A stretch of DNA of 54,360 nucleotides, counting the filler, from Sphacelaria rigidula (taxonomy: Eukaryota), in the NCBI GenBank assembly GCA_964200075.2. It is 3 parts of 3 records of this genome, joined end to end, with 100 filler letters (N's around TTAATTAATTAA, not from the genome) between each part and the next. Parts side by side here need not be neighbours in the genome. Positions count along the whole stretch, not along the records: positions 1 to 18,061 come from CAXNAA020000928.1; 2 more parts are not named here. One strand, written 5' to 3'. Position numbers and translations under genes: made by a program. The notes under the pieces are model-generated. The model worked only from the letters and a program-made list of their open reading frames with translations. It was not told the origin of the DNA and ran no database searches. Below are positions 1 to 13,804 of the stretch, piece by piece (within the stretch, counting starts at the first letter, position 1; every line of letters begins with the position of its first letter).

Positions 1-312
1 CCCCGGGCTGATGCCTACAATGGCCCCCGCTAGCGCAGTGGGGCACGATGGGGGAGGGAAAAAAAAAATATGTGGACATCATGAGTTCGAATCCCGACAG
101 ATTCTCCTTTCTTTTTGGTCGGTCGTTGAGATCATATATTATGCAGTACATTTTTTTTTCATTTAGCGGCGGTGCCGTGTGTTTCCAGGTTGGTCTGAAT
201 GTCACAGTGATATGCTTACATCGGGTTCAGAATATCTTGACATGACTTGACTGTACCCGCCTCAACCCTGCCCCCCTGCCCTCTTCTCTCCTTGTCGGTG
301 ATTGCATCTCAG

Positions 313-3300
313 CACTCCCCTCCCGGATTGCTCATCAGAAAGCGATGTGGACATCTGGTCTGACTCGGAGCGCTTACGTGAGTTGTTGAGGGCAGTACAC
401 GTCAGTCCGTGGAGAGCAGAAGCTACTGTGGGGCTTTGCGACTACCAAGTGTTGTATGCTGCACCGTAACGAACTGTTAAACTGTGGACCTAAATGTCAG
501 CGACTGCACATCTGCGGGATGCGTTCGGGATGGCTTGGTTTCTCGACAATTTGCGCAATACAAGTACATTGTCAGGCTCGGACGTGCTCGATCGTTACAC
601 GATGTCGTTTGAGCAGGTGACCGTACCATGTCCCAGGCACGAGGTCCCTCAACAATTTTCCATTTTCACTCATGGACCGTCTTCGCGACTGATGGTCAAG
701 TGACCTAAGGCTGAGCTTTTTCTATTCCCCATCGTATTCCCCGGTTTCCCCGCAAATTCCCCTCGCAGTGCTTGCCAGGCGTAATATTCAATAGCTGTAT
801 AGATGTCCACTTGCCCTCATCCCCCCCTGCCCCTGCCCTGCTCCGTCTCGAAAGGGATGCGTGGTCAATGGTCAGACGACTAAGGCAAGCAACACATGAG
901 AACGCCCCCCCCCTGCCCCTGCCCCATCGTAACGAAGACGAATTACTGTCCATGGGTGAAGGCGTGGTGATTAAGACAAGAGACATGGTAGAAAAACATA
1001 AGCGGAAAAGAAGCGCTCAGACGGAAAGTAGCTGGGGAAGAACATCTGAAGATACACGAAGGTTTGAAAGAGGGGATCGGGATAAAGATATATCTGCATG
1101 GTTCAGGGGACGCAGCGAGAAAAATGAACTGCGATGTCGGGTGGGGGACCTGACCTGCCGGAAAAAAGAAATATATATACCATCAGTAGTCGAGAGGAGT
1201 AGGGAGTAGATGCACAGAGTTGCCCGTGTGGCAAAGCAGTAGAGAGCAGAACTCATGCAGTGGCAGACTGTAAACTATACAAAGAGGAACGGGACGTGCT
1301 AGAGGAGGAAATGCGGGACGTGAACGAAAGTGGCATGAAATCGTTTGATGCATTAGACAGTAGCGAGAAAACGATTGCAATACTTGGAGATAGATGGTGG
1401 CCACAGACAGCGAAACAGGGCGGGGATAATGTATGTAGGAGGTTTTTGTGCAGTGTACGGAAGAAATGTGATGAGCGTCTAAATGTTGGAGTTGTCTCTA
1501 CTAGGAGTAGGAACGATGCTCCGTTTCGAAAGGGATGCGTGGTCAATGGCCAAACGACGAGGGCAAGCAACAAATGAGTACGCCCCGCCCCGCCTGATCG
1601 TACCGTACCGTTCTACATTCCCATCCGTTAATGCACGAGCTCGACAGATGCCGGCCACCTTGATGACACGCGAGGAGGATGCATCACTCTCACCGAGATC
1701 TATAACGCATTGCTCGATGACGATGGCGAGCCCACGGGACCGCTTTATATCATGGACGATGACGACAACAAGCTCGAGGATGCCGACGAGACGCCCACAG
1801 GGCGTTGGTTGCTAACTGACGAGCTGTACATCGAAGATGGTGTAACGCTCAAGGTGTGGGGTGTGGATAACGAGGTGGATGAGGAAGGCGACGCCGATGT
1901 GCTACGGCTCGAGTCTAACAAGGACTACTATTTCAATCTGAGGGGGTACGGAGGAAGCCTGTCGTTCATCTCCACCACTGTGAGTTCCCATTCTTTGGAT
2001 ACCAGTGCGAGCAGTGTGAAGAAACTAGTACTCGTTGGACGTGTAGTCATGAGGCGCCTCGGGTCTGCTTTATTGTGTCGCTTAACAGTAGGTGTAGCCT
2101 TCAGAACTCACAATACTCAGGCTGCTGTTATGAATTGTAATCTGTCCCAACCGTTTCTGGGTAAATGTACGTGTGCGGTTCCAGCTCATCTAAAACGTCA
2201 CACTCGCGAGGACGCCCGGTAGACACATTTATGAAGACCTTACTCGTAGCTGATGATCTCATCTTCTGTTGTGCCGTACAGGAGGGAATGTACCAAACCC
2301 ACAGTAGACTACAAAACAGTTTCAACACCCCTGCGCCACAGCCGTTTATCTCGTCTGACATAACGTCGACGGCAATTCTTCGATTGTTGAGTTGTATTTA
2401 CTCAGCACGTAAGTTTTGGAAAAAAGAGAAGTGCGATGGAGAGCAAAAACCACGACCTGTCAGATCGGGATTTTTGCTTTCCACCGCACTTTTTCGATCG
2501 ACAAATGATGTCCTAAGACGCGGCTTAACCTTGAAAAGAATCATTAGCAAGCTGCCAACAACGAGCACACCCCCAGCTCAGGCGAGATGTGATTAGCCGA
2601 AATCCGCTGAGATATCCTCCTCCACGTGGCCTGTTTTGTACGCCGGAAAATCAGGTGACGTCATGGGACACAAGCAAAGGGGAGGTACGGGACTACCACG
2701 AGAAGGGGCGCTCGTACATCAGCTGCATCAGCGAAGTGCCCACCGACGACGACTGTCGGGGAGAAGAAAAAGACAAGGGAGAGTGCCGCATGGTGAGATG
2801 TCCTACAAATGAGGGGCACTCATGATCGATTTTTCATATACTCTAAAATCTTATTTTTTTGGTGCCATTTGGAATAACTACGCAGTGGTGGCAGCGACCA
2901 CTTCGCAGACTCACTAGCAACACGTTGTGGCCCTGTATGTCCCGCTGATAGAGCTAGACCGCCACTTTTTGGCGTTCGTTCCATCCCTTTTCATGTCGTT
3001 ATTTTTTAAGCGTGACATTTTTTTTTTTGCACGGGGCTCGGTGTTGGGCGCAAAAACCATGGATGCTATACTTTCTGCCGGAAAAGCATCCTCTTTTTCG
3101 CGAAAATATCGTCCATGTTTTTATATCTTCAGTTCCATGACGAGAGTTTGTCACCGATACATGCTCGGCAACCGCGACGTTTCAAATTTTGAGCTCGGCA
3201 ATCGCGAAGTTTTGATTTTTGAGCTTACTGGGGTGCACGCTGCATATCCACCGTTCGTTTGCGGTTGCGCTCGTCGATCTTCAAACTTGCAGGACATTCT

Positions 3301-6300
3301 CCACTCTGAAATGGGCTACCTCGGCCACAAAGGCGCCGAGGCTTACGGTGAGTCAGCATGATGCAATTCAGCGATTCCGTAACATTCTTTCACACGCACC
3401 AGGAGTGAAGCTCGGATAATGGACCCGGCGATGCCCATCGCACCGACGCCGTCATTAAAGATGGGTGATCGTGATTGATGGGTTGAGTGTCGCACATTTA
3501 GCTGATGGGAGCTTGACAGAGGAAAAATGAAGCTTGAAAGAGAGAAGTGGCAAAATCAACTGGAAAACGAGGAATGGAAGAAAGAAGAAAACGCAAGATA
3601 TATGTATATATATATAATATATATATGTGTGCATATGGAAAAAAGTGGAGGGCACAAGGGGGCCAGGAAGCAGCGCCGATATACATCTTTAAGTAGCACT
3701 GGTCCTGCTCAGAACAAAACAAGACCGTACGAGATCGAACACAAGACATAAATGAAGAAAATATGTGGACGTAGAATGCGACGTCGCTGTTTAGGGGACA
3801 CACTATTGGGCATGGGCTGTAGAAAATTGTCGATATTCTCGACACTTCGCGTTTTTTCTCAGTCCCGCGCGAATAGTCGCTTGTGCCGCAGAGGGGGGGG
3901 CGGTATGTAAGGTACATATGAACGATTACTCTCTTTCCGACAAAACGCCGCGAACGATCTGCAGATTATCATTGATATACCCGTACGGTTGCACATTTTT
4001 CGCCTCGGGCGTGTCCTGTCATGAATCGTGTATCGGAGAGCGCGCTGATGTGTGCGTACCCGCGTTTCGTGGCTGCATCATGTGTGATGACTGCTGAACA
4101 GGCCTCACTTGGAAGGTCCGCGGCCTCTGCGAGGATAAGAGCGACCCGGATTTTCCCGTCAACGAGAACGAAGACGTGAGTGAGAACAGTATTAGCTTCT
4201 ATCTACTGCTGCAGGTCTCGCAGATCGCACCGTCTCGTGTGAAATGATGAAGGTTTCGAGGAAACGTGCAAGCGTCGTGGGTGATCATCTCGGGTGGATG
4301 GTGGAAAATATGTCTTGGCATCTGTCGTCGTCAGCGATGGGGTCCGATGTCAGCACATCGTGTCCGCTTGGCCTGCCGATAAGCTGGCGACATACAGCCA
4401 CTAGTACGTTGCAAGTGCTTGACAAGTGTGGCCATACAACAGCGAGCGCTTTGTCGAGACGCGTTTCGAACTGGGACACGTACTACTGCTGTGCTCGCGT
4501 CGCGTTCGCACATCTTGGTGTGTCGCTGCTCTCCCGCGCGGAATGAAATGTACCATAGCTCCGACCATCGTCCAAGTCGTGCTGTGTGTTCATCGTACAC
4601 GGTGTCAACGCTGTATTCGTTGGCCAGGCGCCAAGGCAACCCATTTTCCCCTTCGAATCAGTCGCCGTTTTACTGGTTCCCATTTCTTCACACTTGCCAT
4701 CTTATCTGTGTGTGTGTGCGTGTGTGTTTTCTTGCTTCGGACGTTGGCTGCGTCGACTCCAAATCGCGATATGACGGCACGATGGAAACAGCTGTTCGAC
4801 AAGGTGAACGTATGGGGAGACATCAAGTTCTCCGACATTCACCACATGTACTACGGTGAGTATCATAGTTGCGCTCTGGTTTCGGATCGGATACAGCCAG
4901 GGATTCCCTTGCTTGGGACATGACGGGTGAACAGTTGTTCCCCTATTACGTGACGAGATGACTGTTCGCATACCAGCGGTCTTCTTGCCGATGGGTGAGA
5001 CGTCATGTTTCGAGCGGTCGGTCAAGCTGTTTTTCAAGTATACTAATAATCTCATTTTGCGGCGGGGTCTCGCCAGAAGAGGGATAACTGTGAATTCTGC
5101 CGGACGGCGACAACCTGGAAAAAATTAGACCATCCACTTCTTCCGGCGCAGGCGGAAGAAATAGGCAAGGGTGTTTCTCCGATATCAGACGAAAATATAC
5201 TCTTAGGCTTGCTTCCCTTCGCCGGCCGATTTTGAACCCTGGTCTGGTCTGCCGTGTTGTACTGGACGTCGGCAAGATTGGCTGCCTATGCTTCTCGTCA
5301 ATGCTCCTCTTCAAATTTTACGCTCCATCTTCGGTTGCTGACGATGTTGCAGGCATGTACAGCTTCGGCCACGAGGGAGGTAATTGGAGCTACAACATTA
5401 TGCGGGACAATGACCAGTACGGGTAAGTTCAGTTTTGTTTTCGTCTCTTGAACGTTGTCGTTGCTTGTCAGAATCCCCTGTTGACACGAAATTTCACAGG
5501 TACCGTAGGTAAGGTAGGTACCCAGTACCGGTATTTGGAACATCTCATACCCTACCGATACCGGTCCAATCGGGTACTTTCAAATGTTATACCTACAATA
5601 CCACGGTATTTCGTGATACCAGTACTTATAGTACCCGCTCAATCAGGTGTTCAAAAAATCATACCTACGATACCACGGCATTTCCTAGATTTCAATACCT
5701 ACGTTACCCGCTCGATGGGTATTTTCAAAACTCTTGCCTTCGATACCCACGCATACCATGGTGTGGGATACTCCGGGAAATACCGGGGAAACGCTTGGTA
5801 CGGTACCTTACCTACGGTTCCCTCGCGGGCTTTTACAGAAAAAAGAAATCGAGATGAGCAAAGCCACACACGACGGCCGACGAGTGCATTCGTGCTTTGT
5901 TTTCGATTTTTTTTTCGAGACTAGCGAACATTTATCCCCCGAAAAGAATCCACCTGTGATTTGTAAAATCCCGTGTTGAATGTTGTGCTGTATACTCATC
6001 TGATCATCGTGTGCCTGTTATTCAGCGTCCTTTGCAGCGCTAGACCTGCAACTTGCATTAATTCTCAGGCGTAGAGCAACCAACGAAGAGACGCCTCCTG
6101 GATGAGCCCTTTGGATATATGGTACCGTTATCAAAATCAACATGATATGCACGTTGGGATTATGAGTCCTCGAGGAGGCCCACGATCACTAAACCTTGGT
6201 GGATGTACATAGAGGCTGCTTTGATTACCTGTTCTTTGTGCCGTACTTCGGGCTAGCATACGAAGGATGATGGAAGAGTGGCCATGTCCCCCCACCCCCC

Positions 6301-9300
6301 ACCCCCATCTCACAAGACGCATGATGTAAAATACGGTATTCCACGGGCTTGCAGTGGTTCTTCGTGCCTTGACGTCGCACCCAACCCCGCACGTTCCTGG
6401 TTTCGTGTTGTCGTGCCGCTCCTAACACGCTGCCTTGATAAAACTCTTCAATGTGCAACAATTCCGGGGGGAAAACTGCACTGGCAAACCATGGAATGTC
6501 AGATTCGACCCTCACGATGACAGCGACAACTTGATCATCTCCCACAACGATGTCTACGGCAACGGAAACCATGGTGAGCATACTGCATTTCGTATTGTTG
6601 TATTTATGTCATAATCTTTCTCTCGCTCAGTTCTTGCCCATCGCTGCTAGGGGTCATCCTTGCCAACGTCGACTTGCATGGTCTTCGCTTCGTGTCGTGG
6701 TGGTTTCATGAATCCATGGCGCGTCCAGCCTGCAACTTGACCTCTAACGTTGATATTTTGTGCAGTACTTCAGCTCCGCCAACCATGCACAAAATGCCAT
6801 CGTCGTTTGTGTCTTGCTGGCTGCTTCTGTCGCGTTTACGGTGTTGTGTGGGGGTTGCATACAGGAATCATCGCCTCCAAGCGGTGCAACAACGTTCAGG
6901 TCTTCAACAATTTGGTGTACAACAACGAGAAAAGCGGAATCTACTTCCACCGCGGCTGCCACGAGAGCGCGGCGTACAGTAAGTTGTCCACCTTGTCGCT
7001 CACCCTCTTTGCGAACTCGTGCCGAAGCGCACGGGACGGGCCATTTTACTCTTTTCTCCTTCTTCTGCAACATGCCCTTAGACAAAGGGTTCGTTTTACG
7101 GGCAAGAACAAAGAAAACGAAACGCCTACATGAGTGCGGTCCAACGACTCAGGCTTCGCCGTGTTGATCAATGCTGGAAATTTGCTCACTTTGACAACGT
7201 TTGAACACAAAATTCCCGCAGCTCAACACTCGGCGACTTTCCGTCACTTATTCATGATGTTCCCAAGGGGGCATACGACTTTTCTCCCCGGATGCTTCCT
7301 ACCCTCGCCCGCCCGCCGATTTTTTTCGGAAATTTGCAGATTCTTCACAGCTCGAGCATCATGTACTTTGGGGGGGGCAAGAAAGTTCTTACGGTTGTGT
7401 CTGAGCCACATTTACTGATTCATCCTGGCTCGGGCAGCATCTGAGCACGGATTTTCTTGCTTTTATAGACATGAGTTACTACAACTGCGATGTTGTCAAG
7501 GATATCGCAGTAGCACAAGTGGGATCCCCCCGCCCTCCCCCCCGTCCCTTCCTTTTTTCCCGATTTGAAGGTTTTGAGGCCACCTTTGATGTTCCACGTC
7601 TCATGCGCCATGTTGGACAATGTTTCTGCTATACAACGATTGTCCCCGAACTGGAACGATTTGCATGAAAGCTGTCGTAATCAGTAATTTCCATCCATCA
7701 TCACGGTAGAGGCGCAAGCAACACGTCGACCATGAGAGCAGGTTCCGACTCGCACAACGGTAGCAGAAGTTTTTGGAACCCCACATCTCGCTCCCTGCCT
7801 CGGACGTGCTTGATTTCTTTTGTGTTCACGAAAACAGACAACTACGTTCATGACAACAAGGATACTGGACTGTCGATCATGGAATCCAGCAATTGTTCTC
7901 TCCACAACAACATCGTTGAAAACCACGACGTCGGGGTCCGGATCGTGATCGGGGGCGAATTCAACGAAGTGTACGACAATACCTTCGACGGCTGCGACAC
8001 TTGTGAGTTGTGTTTTCTCCTGCTGTTTCACCCGAATTGGTGACCTCGGTGGGTCATGCATCTACCCTCCACACAAACGTGGTGACCTCAGCGCCTTCGG
8101 CCGCGAGGAGCTTGTTCGAGTATCGTCTGAAGAGTGCTTGCTGGCCTACCGACCCCTTTTACGCATACTGTAGCCCGAATGCCGCAATGTTGATAGCGAA
8201 AGGGGCTTGCATACTGTAGTAACAAAGGCAGCTACCGTCAGCGCAGCGACCAGTATCATGCCACGAATTTCCTCCATGACTGATGTTTCGAGACGACCGC
8301 GGGCGTCCCGTCCCGGCTTCTTGTGGGCTGTAATGTTGAAGACGAACAACCAGGACTGCATGCGCTGCAGTCCTCTGGTTCACCATGCTCCGGTGCACCG
8401 TGGAATTATCGTGTACTTGGTGCTCGATTACTGTCGTATTTCGCTGTGACACCTCTTACTTCTGGCGCTACCCTCAATGATCGTGCCAAGAAGGTGCAGA
8501 GTAGAACACTGAATTCAACTCCTCGTGCGTGAGTGCGAAGGTGTTATCGTGCGTTCACTACGGACAACTGTCATATCCTCGGGGCATTTTGACTTCACCG
8601 TGAAGCTTCAGTGTCTAGACAAAGTTTTTAGTCCTTGGGCTCTATCTCTCGCCGCCTCGTTTGTCCATCCACTGACGTTCCTCTCCGCAGATGCTTTCCT
8701 GACATACGAATCGGAGCGCGACTTTCCGTGGACATCGGACGGACGCTCCTCAGACAACGTGTTCAGCAACAACGTCGTCTCGAACACAGAGCGTGCGATT
8801 GGTTTCAAAAACGGCGACCGCAATGTTGTTATCGGTGAGATGATCTACGGTCAGATATTCCTGCTGAAGGAGAACATGTACGATTATATCTGACGGAAAT
8901 TGACCCCCCCCTCTCCACCCTAGTACTTTTGACAGACGTAACCACTTGGATCACCAGGGCGCGACAACACCATTCCGCTCAACCGGTGCCCGAAACTCTT
9001 CAGATCTCTGTCTGTTTCCCTTTTACCTCTGCCGTTGCAGGAGTAGCGCGCGTAGGCCAGTCACAATAGGCTCGAAACACGCCCCATGATAGCAGGTCAT
9101 GTTAGAAATATGGGTTTTTGGATCCATTCAAATTCATGTGTCTTGAAAAGGAGGAAGACCAAAAGACACGAGGTAACGATTTTTGGGGGCACATCTTGTG
9201 TATTTTTTTCAGTCACATATGTAAGTCCACTTCAAACGGGACACAGGATCCATGTGCTCCTGCCGCGTTCTCGTGGCATTGACTTGCGTCGACCATGAAC

Positions 9301-9600
9301 TCATGACCCCTCTACCGGTGTGTGATGATGAGCTATCGCGAGTCTACTTCATGGCCGCCGCACTATGTTGCCTAATTTTTTATCCTTCCCCTCGTCGGCG
9401 TGGCTCCGTACCCCTCGCTCGATGCGCTCAACCATATGTTTGTCTCGTGTTCAGGAAACGACTTCACTGACACGGAGCAGTTCGTCCTTGACGATTCTTA
9501 CGACATACAGTTGAAAGACAACACCTACCCGAGCGACGCTTGTCTCAAGGCGGAAGATTTCTCCTTCACCGACGATTCGGAAGTACCCGATGAGTGTTGA
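313..9600 (+). CDS. Mannuronan C-5 epimerase (alginate epimerase, AlgG-like beta-helix), spliced; 5' end lies upstream of the window
   Basis: Phase-consistent GT-AG exons: 313-377, 1648-1979, 2655-2792, 3293-3347, 4102-4175, 4792-4855, 5353-5422, 6503-6573, 6865-6978, 7838-8002, 8691-8834, 9455-9600 (stop TGA), about 478 aa in the window. The joined translation contains RGGCITLTEIY, GRWLLTDELYIEDGVTL, NLRGYGGSLSF, VTSWD, GRSYISCISE, GECRMDI..SEMGYLG, YGLTWKVRGLC, HHMYYGMYSFGH, QYGFDPHDDSDNLII..N.V..NGNHGIIASKRCNN and GIYFHRG. These are the brown algal/AlgG epimerase motifs, including the DPHD catalytic motif. The first exon (313-377) is the least certain. Confidence 0.95.
838..1593 (+). mobile_element. 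3' fragments of a non-LTR (LINE-like) retroelement within an epimerase intron
   Basis: Decayed ORF ...CKLYKEERDVLEEEMRDVNESGMKSFDALDSSEKTIAILGDRWWPQTAKQ. The terminal motif ctccgt(c/t)tcgaaagggatgcgtggtcaatgg...aggcaagcaaca(a/c)atgag..(C-rich) occurs twice here (about 841 and 1519) and again at about 33025-33165 (-) and 51469-51670. The LINE classification is inferred from the repeated common 3' end. Confidence 0.6.
5497..5823. mobile_element. MITE-like element in an epimerase intron
   Basis: Terminal inverted repeat agg(t/a)accgtaggtaaggta...taccttacctacggttcct, with internal repeats of atacctac(a/g)ataccacgg. Non-coding. Confidence 0.6.
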
Positions 9601-9633
9601 GCAAATCATGTTGCTAGCTGTTCACTGCAGTGT

Positions 9634-9639
9634 AATAAA
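9634..9639 (+). promoter_or_regulatory. Possible polyadenylation signal of the epimerase gene
   Basis: AATAAA 33 nt after the stop codon at 9600. Confidence 0.3.
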
Positions 9640-12600
9640 TGAGTCAGCTGATTACGTGGCCCTCGTACGGGCGCGTTGAAGTTCTCTAAATCAAGTTTGG
9701 AGATCCCAAGACTTCTGTTTAGCGTGACAACTTGTTGTCCAATAACAAAGTGAGTAGATGCGTTTTTAGCTTGTAAGTGTCCCTGTTTCCCCTTGTGGGT
9801 GCATTTTCATGTATCGCTGTTCTGCAGGCTGCGGCCTTTCTCACTCGTGTGTCTAGCACACGCAGAACAGAAGTGAGTGAACTGGTGATACCGTAACTCG
9901 TCCAGTACTCTACAGGTAGTTCTACTATTATTTTCCTAGTTTCTTTTGAGAGATGCAGGGTTTTTACATCCTTTTATACGCTCTCCAGAGCAGCAGTGGT
10001 GGGGCTGTTTTTTCGGAACGTGTAAATTTGTTGGTATTGTCGTGCTCGTGTTTTCTTCGGTTTGGTTTCGGTCACTCTCGTGTCGACTTGTGCATACGCA
10101 GGAGGCTGTTCATTCCCGTATTGGCGGTTTACAGTAATTTATATTTATATATGGTATCATTTTTCTCCTTTGAGTAGTTGAAAAAGGGACTTTGCCCTGA
10201 AGTCACGACATGTCCGACTTCGGTATGCGTTGATGGTTGAGTGGGACAAGGTAGAGCCGGCGCGAGCACGACGTGCAATGCCGCGAAGTGTAGACACCTG
10301 ATAGCGGTACAGTACACACAAAAGGAGAGTGCCATGCAAGGCACCTGTTGCTGTGACGGCGCCGTGCATGTGCACGATCGTGTAAGCTACGTTAGGGATA
10401 GGCGCTTATGGCAGCTTATGGTACTGTAGCGCACATAGTTGCCAGCGTTACTGAAGCAGCGAACATATATATACTGTTGTAGAACTCGCTGAACCAACGC
10501 GAAAGCGCGCTCCATACAGTTATAAGCATCTTCGTATCTGTATGCGAGTTGAGATCAACCGCGGTTCGAAAGTTGCTGGTCGTGGGGGAGGCTAGGGTTG
10601 GGGGTGCCTTTCGTTGGTACCTCATGGGAGGGTCCAGCTGTCGAGTGTCCTAGCTTTGCTTTCATTCCAGATGTCCTAGAAGTCGAAATTCTGGGCTTCA
10701 TCCCCCGATTGGGTCAGAAGATGAATCCACTGGTTGGATATCTCGTGCAAAGAGCTCTTCCGTCGAGCCGCATGACCGGCCTGTTTGATTTCATCTCTCT
10801 GCTTTGTTTCTTCTGTATGTTCTTCTGTGGGGTACTCCGTGGTGCTAGGTTTAACTACCTCAGTGGAGTTGTCGGTTGCTCGTATTATCACAAGTCCACT
10901 CTCTCAGGTATGTCGCTAGAGTTGCCTGTGTGGCGTTTTGCCACAACGCGAAGACGGCGCTCTGTCGTCGCGCATATGCTTCGGAAAACTTGCGGTTGTG
11001 GAGAATGTTTATTATAGCGTCTTTGTTGCGTTTCATATTGTTGTGCTGAACGAGGATTCCTCGCGACGTGTTACGTCAATTTTCCCCGTGTAAGTCAGTT
11101 TTTTGTGGCGTCGCGGTAGCTCGTTTTGAGTCACTTTCTCGTGAGAGCTGTAATTATAGTATTTGTGTAAATGGTTCCGATTGCGAAGGGTTGACGGGGT
11201 ACATGCGGTAGTTCCTCAGTTGACGGGTGTTTTTCCACACTGGTGCAGAGGATCGGACAGATCATGGTGTGTTTCAACATTTCTTTGGCCTGTATAATAG
11301 TCCATGTTATATCCAACGGCTTGCGACTGGGGCTCACGCCCAAGCTGTCCATGCGTCGCTGTGCGCTGAGCCTATCGAGAACCTTTTTTTTTGTCTATAT
11401 CACCTGCGGGCTGCGTTAGCAGTATAAACACATATTTCGTGAGATTGGGACCAAAGTACTACAAGAAATTGAAAGTAGGAACCCCCACAGAGGCGGAAAT
11501 CCTAATCCATTTCTCGTTGTGTTTCGTAGGCAATATTCCGCCGAGCCAGTCGAGGAGTGACTGGAATGAAAACTTTCATCCGTGGCATGAAGCCAATATA
11601 ATATATACACTTTAATGACGTTAACAAAAAATATTGACCTCGTCAGTTAGCAGAAATCCACAACTTCGGATTTCCGAAAATGGTCGATGATTGCCTGAAA
11701 CAGTCTCACTGCCGAAGTACCTATGTCTTACAAGCAAGGCTTACGCATACGTTAGACGTGAAGGGTAGTCTACTAGATGGGTACATTCTCTACGCAAGGC
11801 ATCCACGTACCCTCTTATTACCGCGACTACATTACTCTGTAGTAACAACGGCTACAGTAGCGACCCTATGGTAACATTGGACCTCGCCTGCGTGATTCCC
11901 GTAGCAGGAAGGAAAAGGGACGTAAACAAAGTGCATGTAGGTCGATCCTTGGCGGAGGATGGGTGGTGTCGTCAGCGGTCAGCAAAGGTGGAGTGTAGTG
12001 CAATTATCGGGAGACGATATATCGAGTTGCCTTCAGAGTGGATTGAGATTTGCGTTTCGCTGATCTTCTAATCTGTGGGGCATGCCTGACGCATTTGCAT
12101 TTTCATGTTCTCCCATTCATCATTAGGCTGAAGATGGGTAGTGTCCGCAATCATATTGCCCTATAGTCTTCTATACAGGGTCATTATCCGCCCTGTAACG
12201 TCCCCCCTCGATAGATTTGCCAAGTGTCTCACCAAGTATAACCTTTTCAGTTGAGACCAGTGGAATCGATCCGAGACCGTGTGAAATGGAAGGAGAACTC
12301 CATTTACACTTCTTCATGGCTGGAAGGTACGAGATAGAGGCCCGTTCCGGCTGCCCCCAGAATCGGCTGCCCTTAGTTTTTTACTGCACCCCTGTGGGAC
12401 CCAGAATCGTCTGCGAGCTTGAGTGAATGCTCCACCCTTGTTTATCTTGCTTGGGGTTCTTCACCTGTAGAGCACTCACTGGGGGGGATACGCGCGTCTG
12501 ATGGCACGGCTTCTGTCACGGTATGTACGGAGTATTATTCACTTCAAAGTGCTAATATATGCATTTCTCTCCTGCTGAATTCCAACCATTCGCCGTTCGG

Positions 12601-13489
12601 CTAACTCACTCGCCAGTATGGACCAAGGTAATCATGCACCTCACCTGTCCCTACAGTACGCCTTCGCCGACTCCGTCGTCTACTGACCTCCTTACCTGCA
12701 TGGGTTCCTATTGGGTACATCGCCAAAGCATCCTCCCTCTTCCTTGTCGGTGTGGACACTCCTCACTGTTAGATTGTCGGTAGGATCTCACCGACAGATG
12801 ATACAGGTCCTACATGGCATGAAGCACATCGAGTTGGAGAGGGGATAAACTGTCCAACACTTTCGTTTCCGTCAGCCAGTCGGACTTCCGGCCTGATACC
12901 TACCTTTATACTCCCACACCGTTAGATCGGATGCGGTCGTTGTGCTCCTCCTGTTCGGTAGTGTATACAGAGGGGAGGCTACTGTAGAGATGTCAGCTAG
13001 TCCTAGGCCCGGTCCCCATGCCAGCTGGGTGGACTCATTCTCCATTGCGTGTCTCAGTTCAGATCGACGCTGGTAGAACGGTTCAAGGGCCGTGGTGGAG
13101 ACGGTCCTGTGCCGTAGTTTCCTGCCTTGCATCGATACTTCCACACTGATTCCCGGAATGAGGGTGGACTCTACTTTCCACAGCCCCGTCCATTTTTCGT
13201 GTGTCAGTTAGGTTTTGGTGCTGACCGTCCCTATGTAACGTACCTTCTAGTGCCCGGACTGGCACCAAATCTCTTATCTCAACCGATGTACACGGGGAGC
13301 GCCTTATGATGTTCGCGTTATGTCTCTCTCGAACTCTTCGTTTGTTTCTCTGTCTCACTTCCAGGACTAGCTAAACCTGGTCTAGTTTTCGTTTCCTTAT
13401 TTTAACGAAGTTTTCCAGACCTATCGCGGTGACATTATTGTCGTCCATCTGTGATTTTAGAGTGTCTAGTGTCATTTTAGGATTACGAC

Positions 13490-13804
13490 TGTGTCATTTT
13501 AGGACTAACAAGGTTTTGTGAGATTTAGAGTTGGGTGCGGACTGAGAGTGGCTTTGGTCATTTGCTTTAACTTGGCCAATTTTTCATTCCTTGTGTGCTT
13601 TTCGTCGTCTCATCACTGCCATGTGCTTACAGCTACACGTTGATATCCTACTCAGGGGTATCGAGGGCCTCAGTGGCAAGCTACTACGGAAAGAATATTG
13701 GGCCTGGTGGAGACGCATTTCGAAACTGAAACGGTTTTTTCACTCATTGACCGCTTTTCACTTTCAATCGTACCTTCAACTCTCAATTTTACGAAAACGT
13801 TGTT
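13490..13804. mobile_element. 315-bp insertion into the Gypsy integrase with a 9-bp target-site duplication
   Basis: GATTACGAC flanks it at 13481-13489 and 13805-13813. Removing the insert and one repeat restores the minus-strand integrase reading FQIHFGRN-PKMTLDTL. Confidence 0.7.

Noticed and set aside
11069..11876. TGTTAC...GTAACA pair suggesting a solo LTR
   Set aside because: Flanks (CGACG vs TTGGA) give no target-site duplication, and no second copy is seen in the window.
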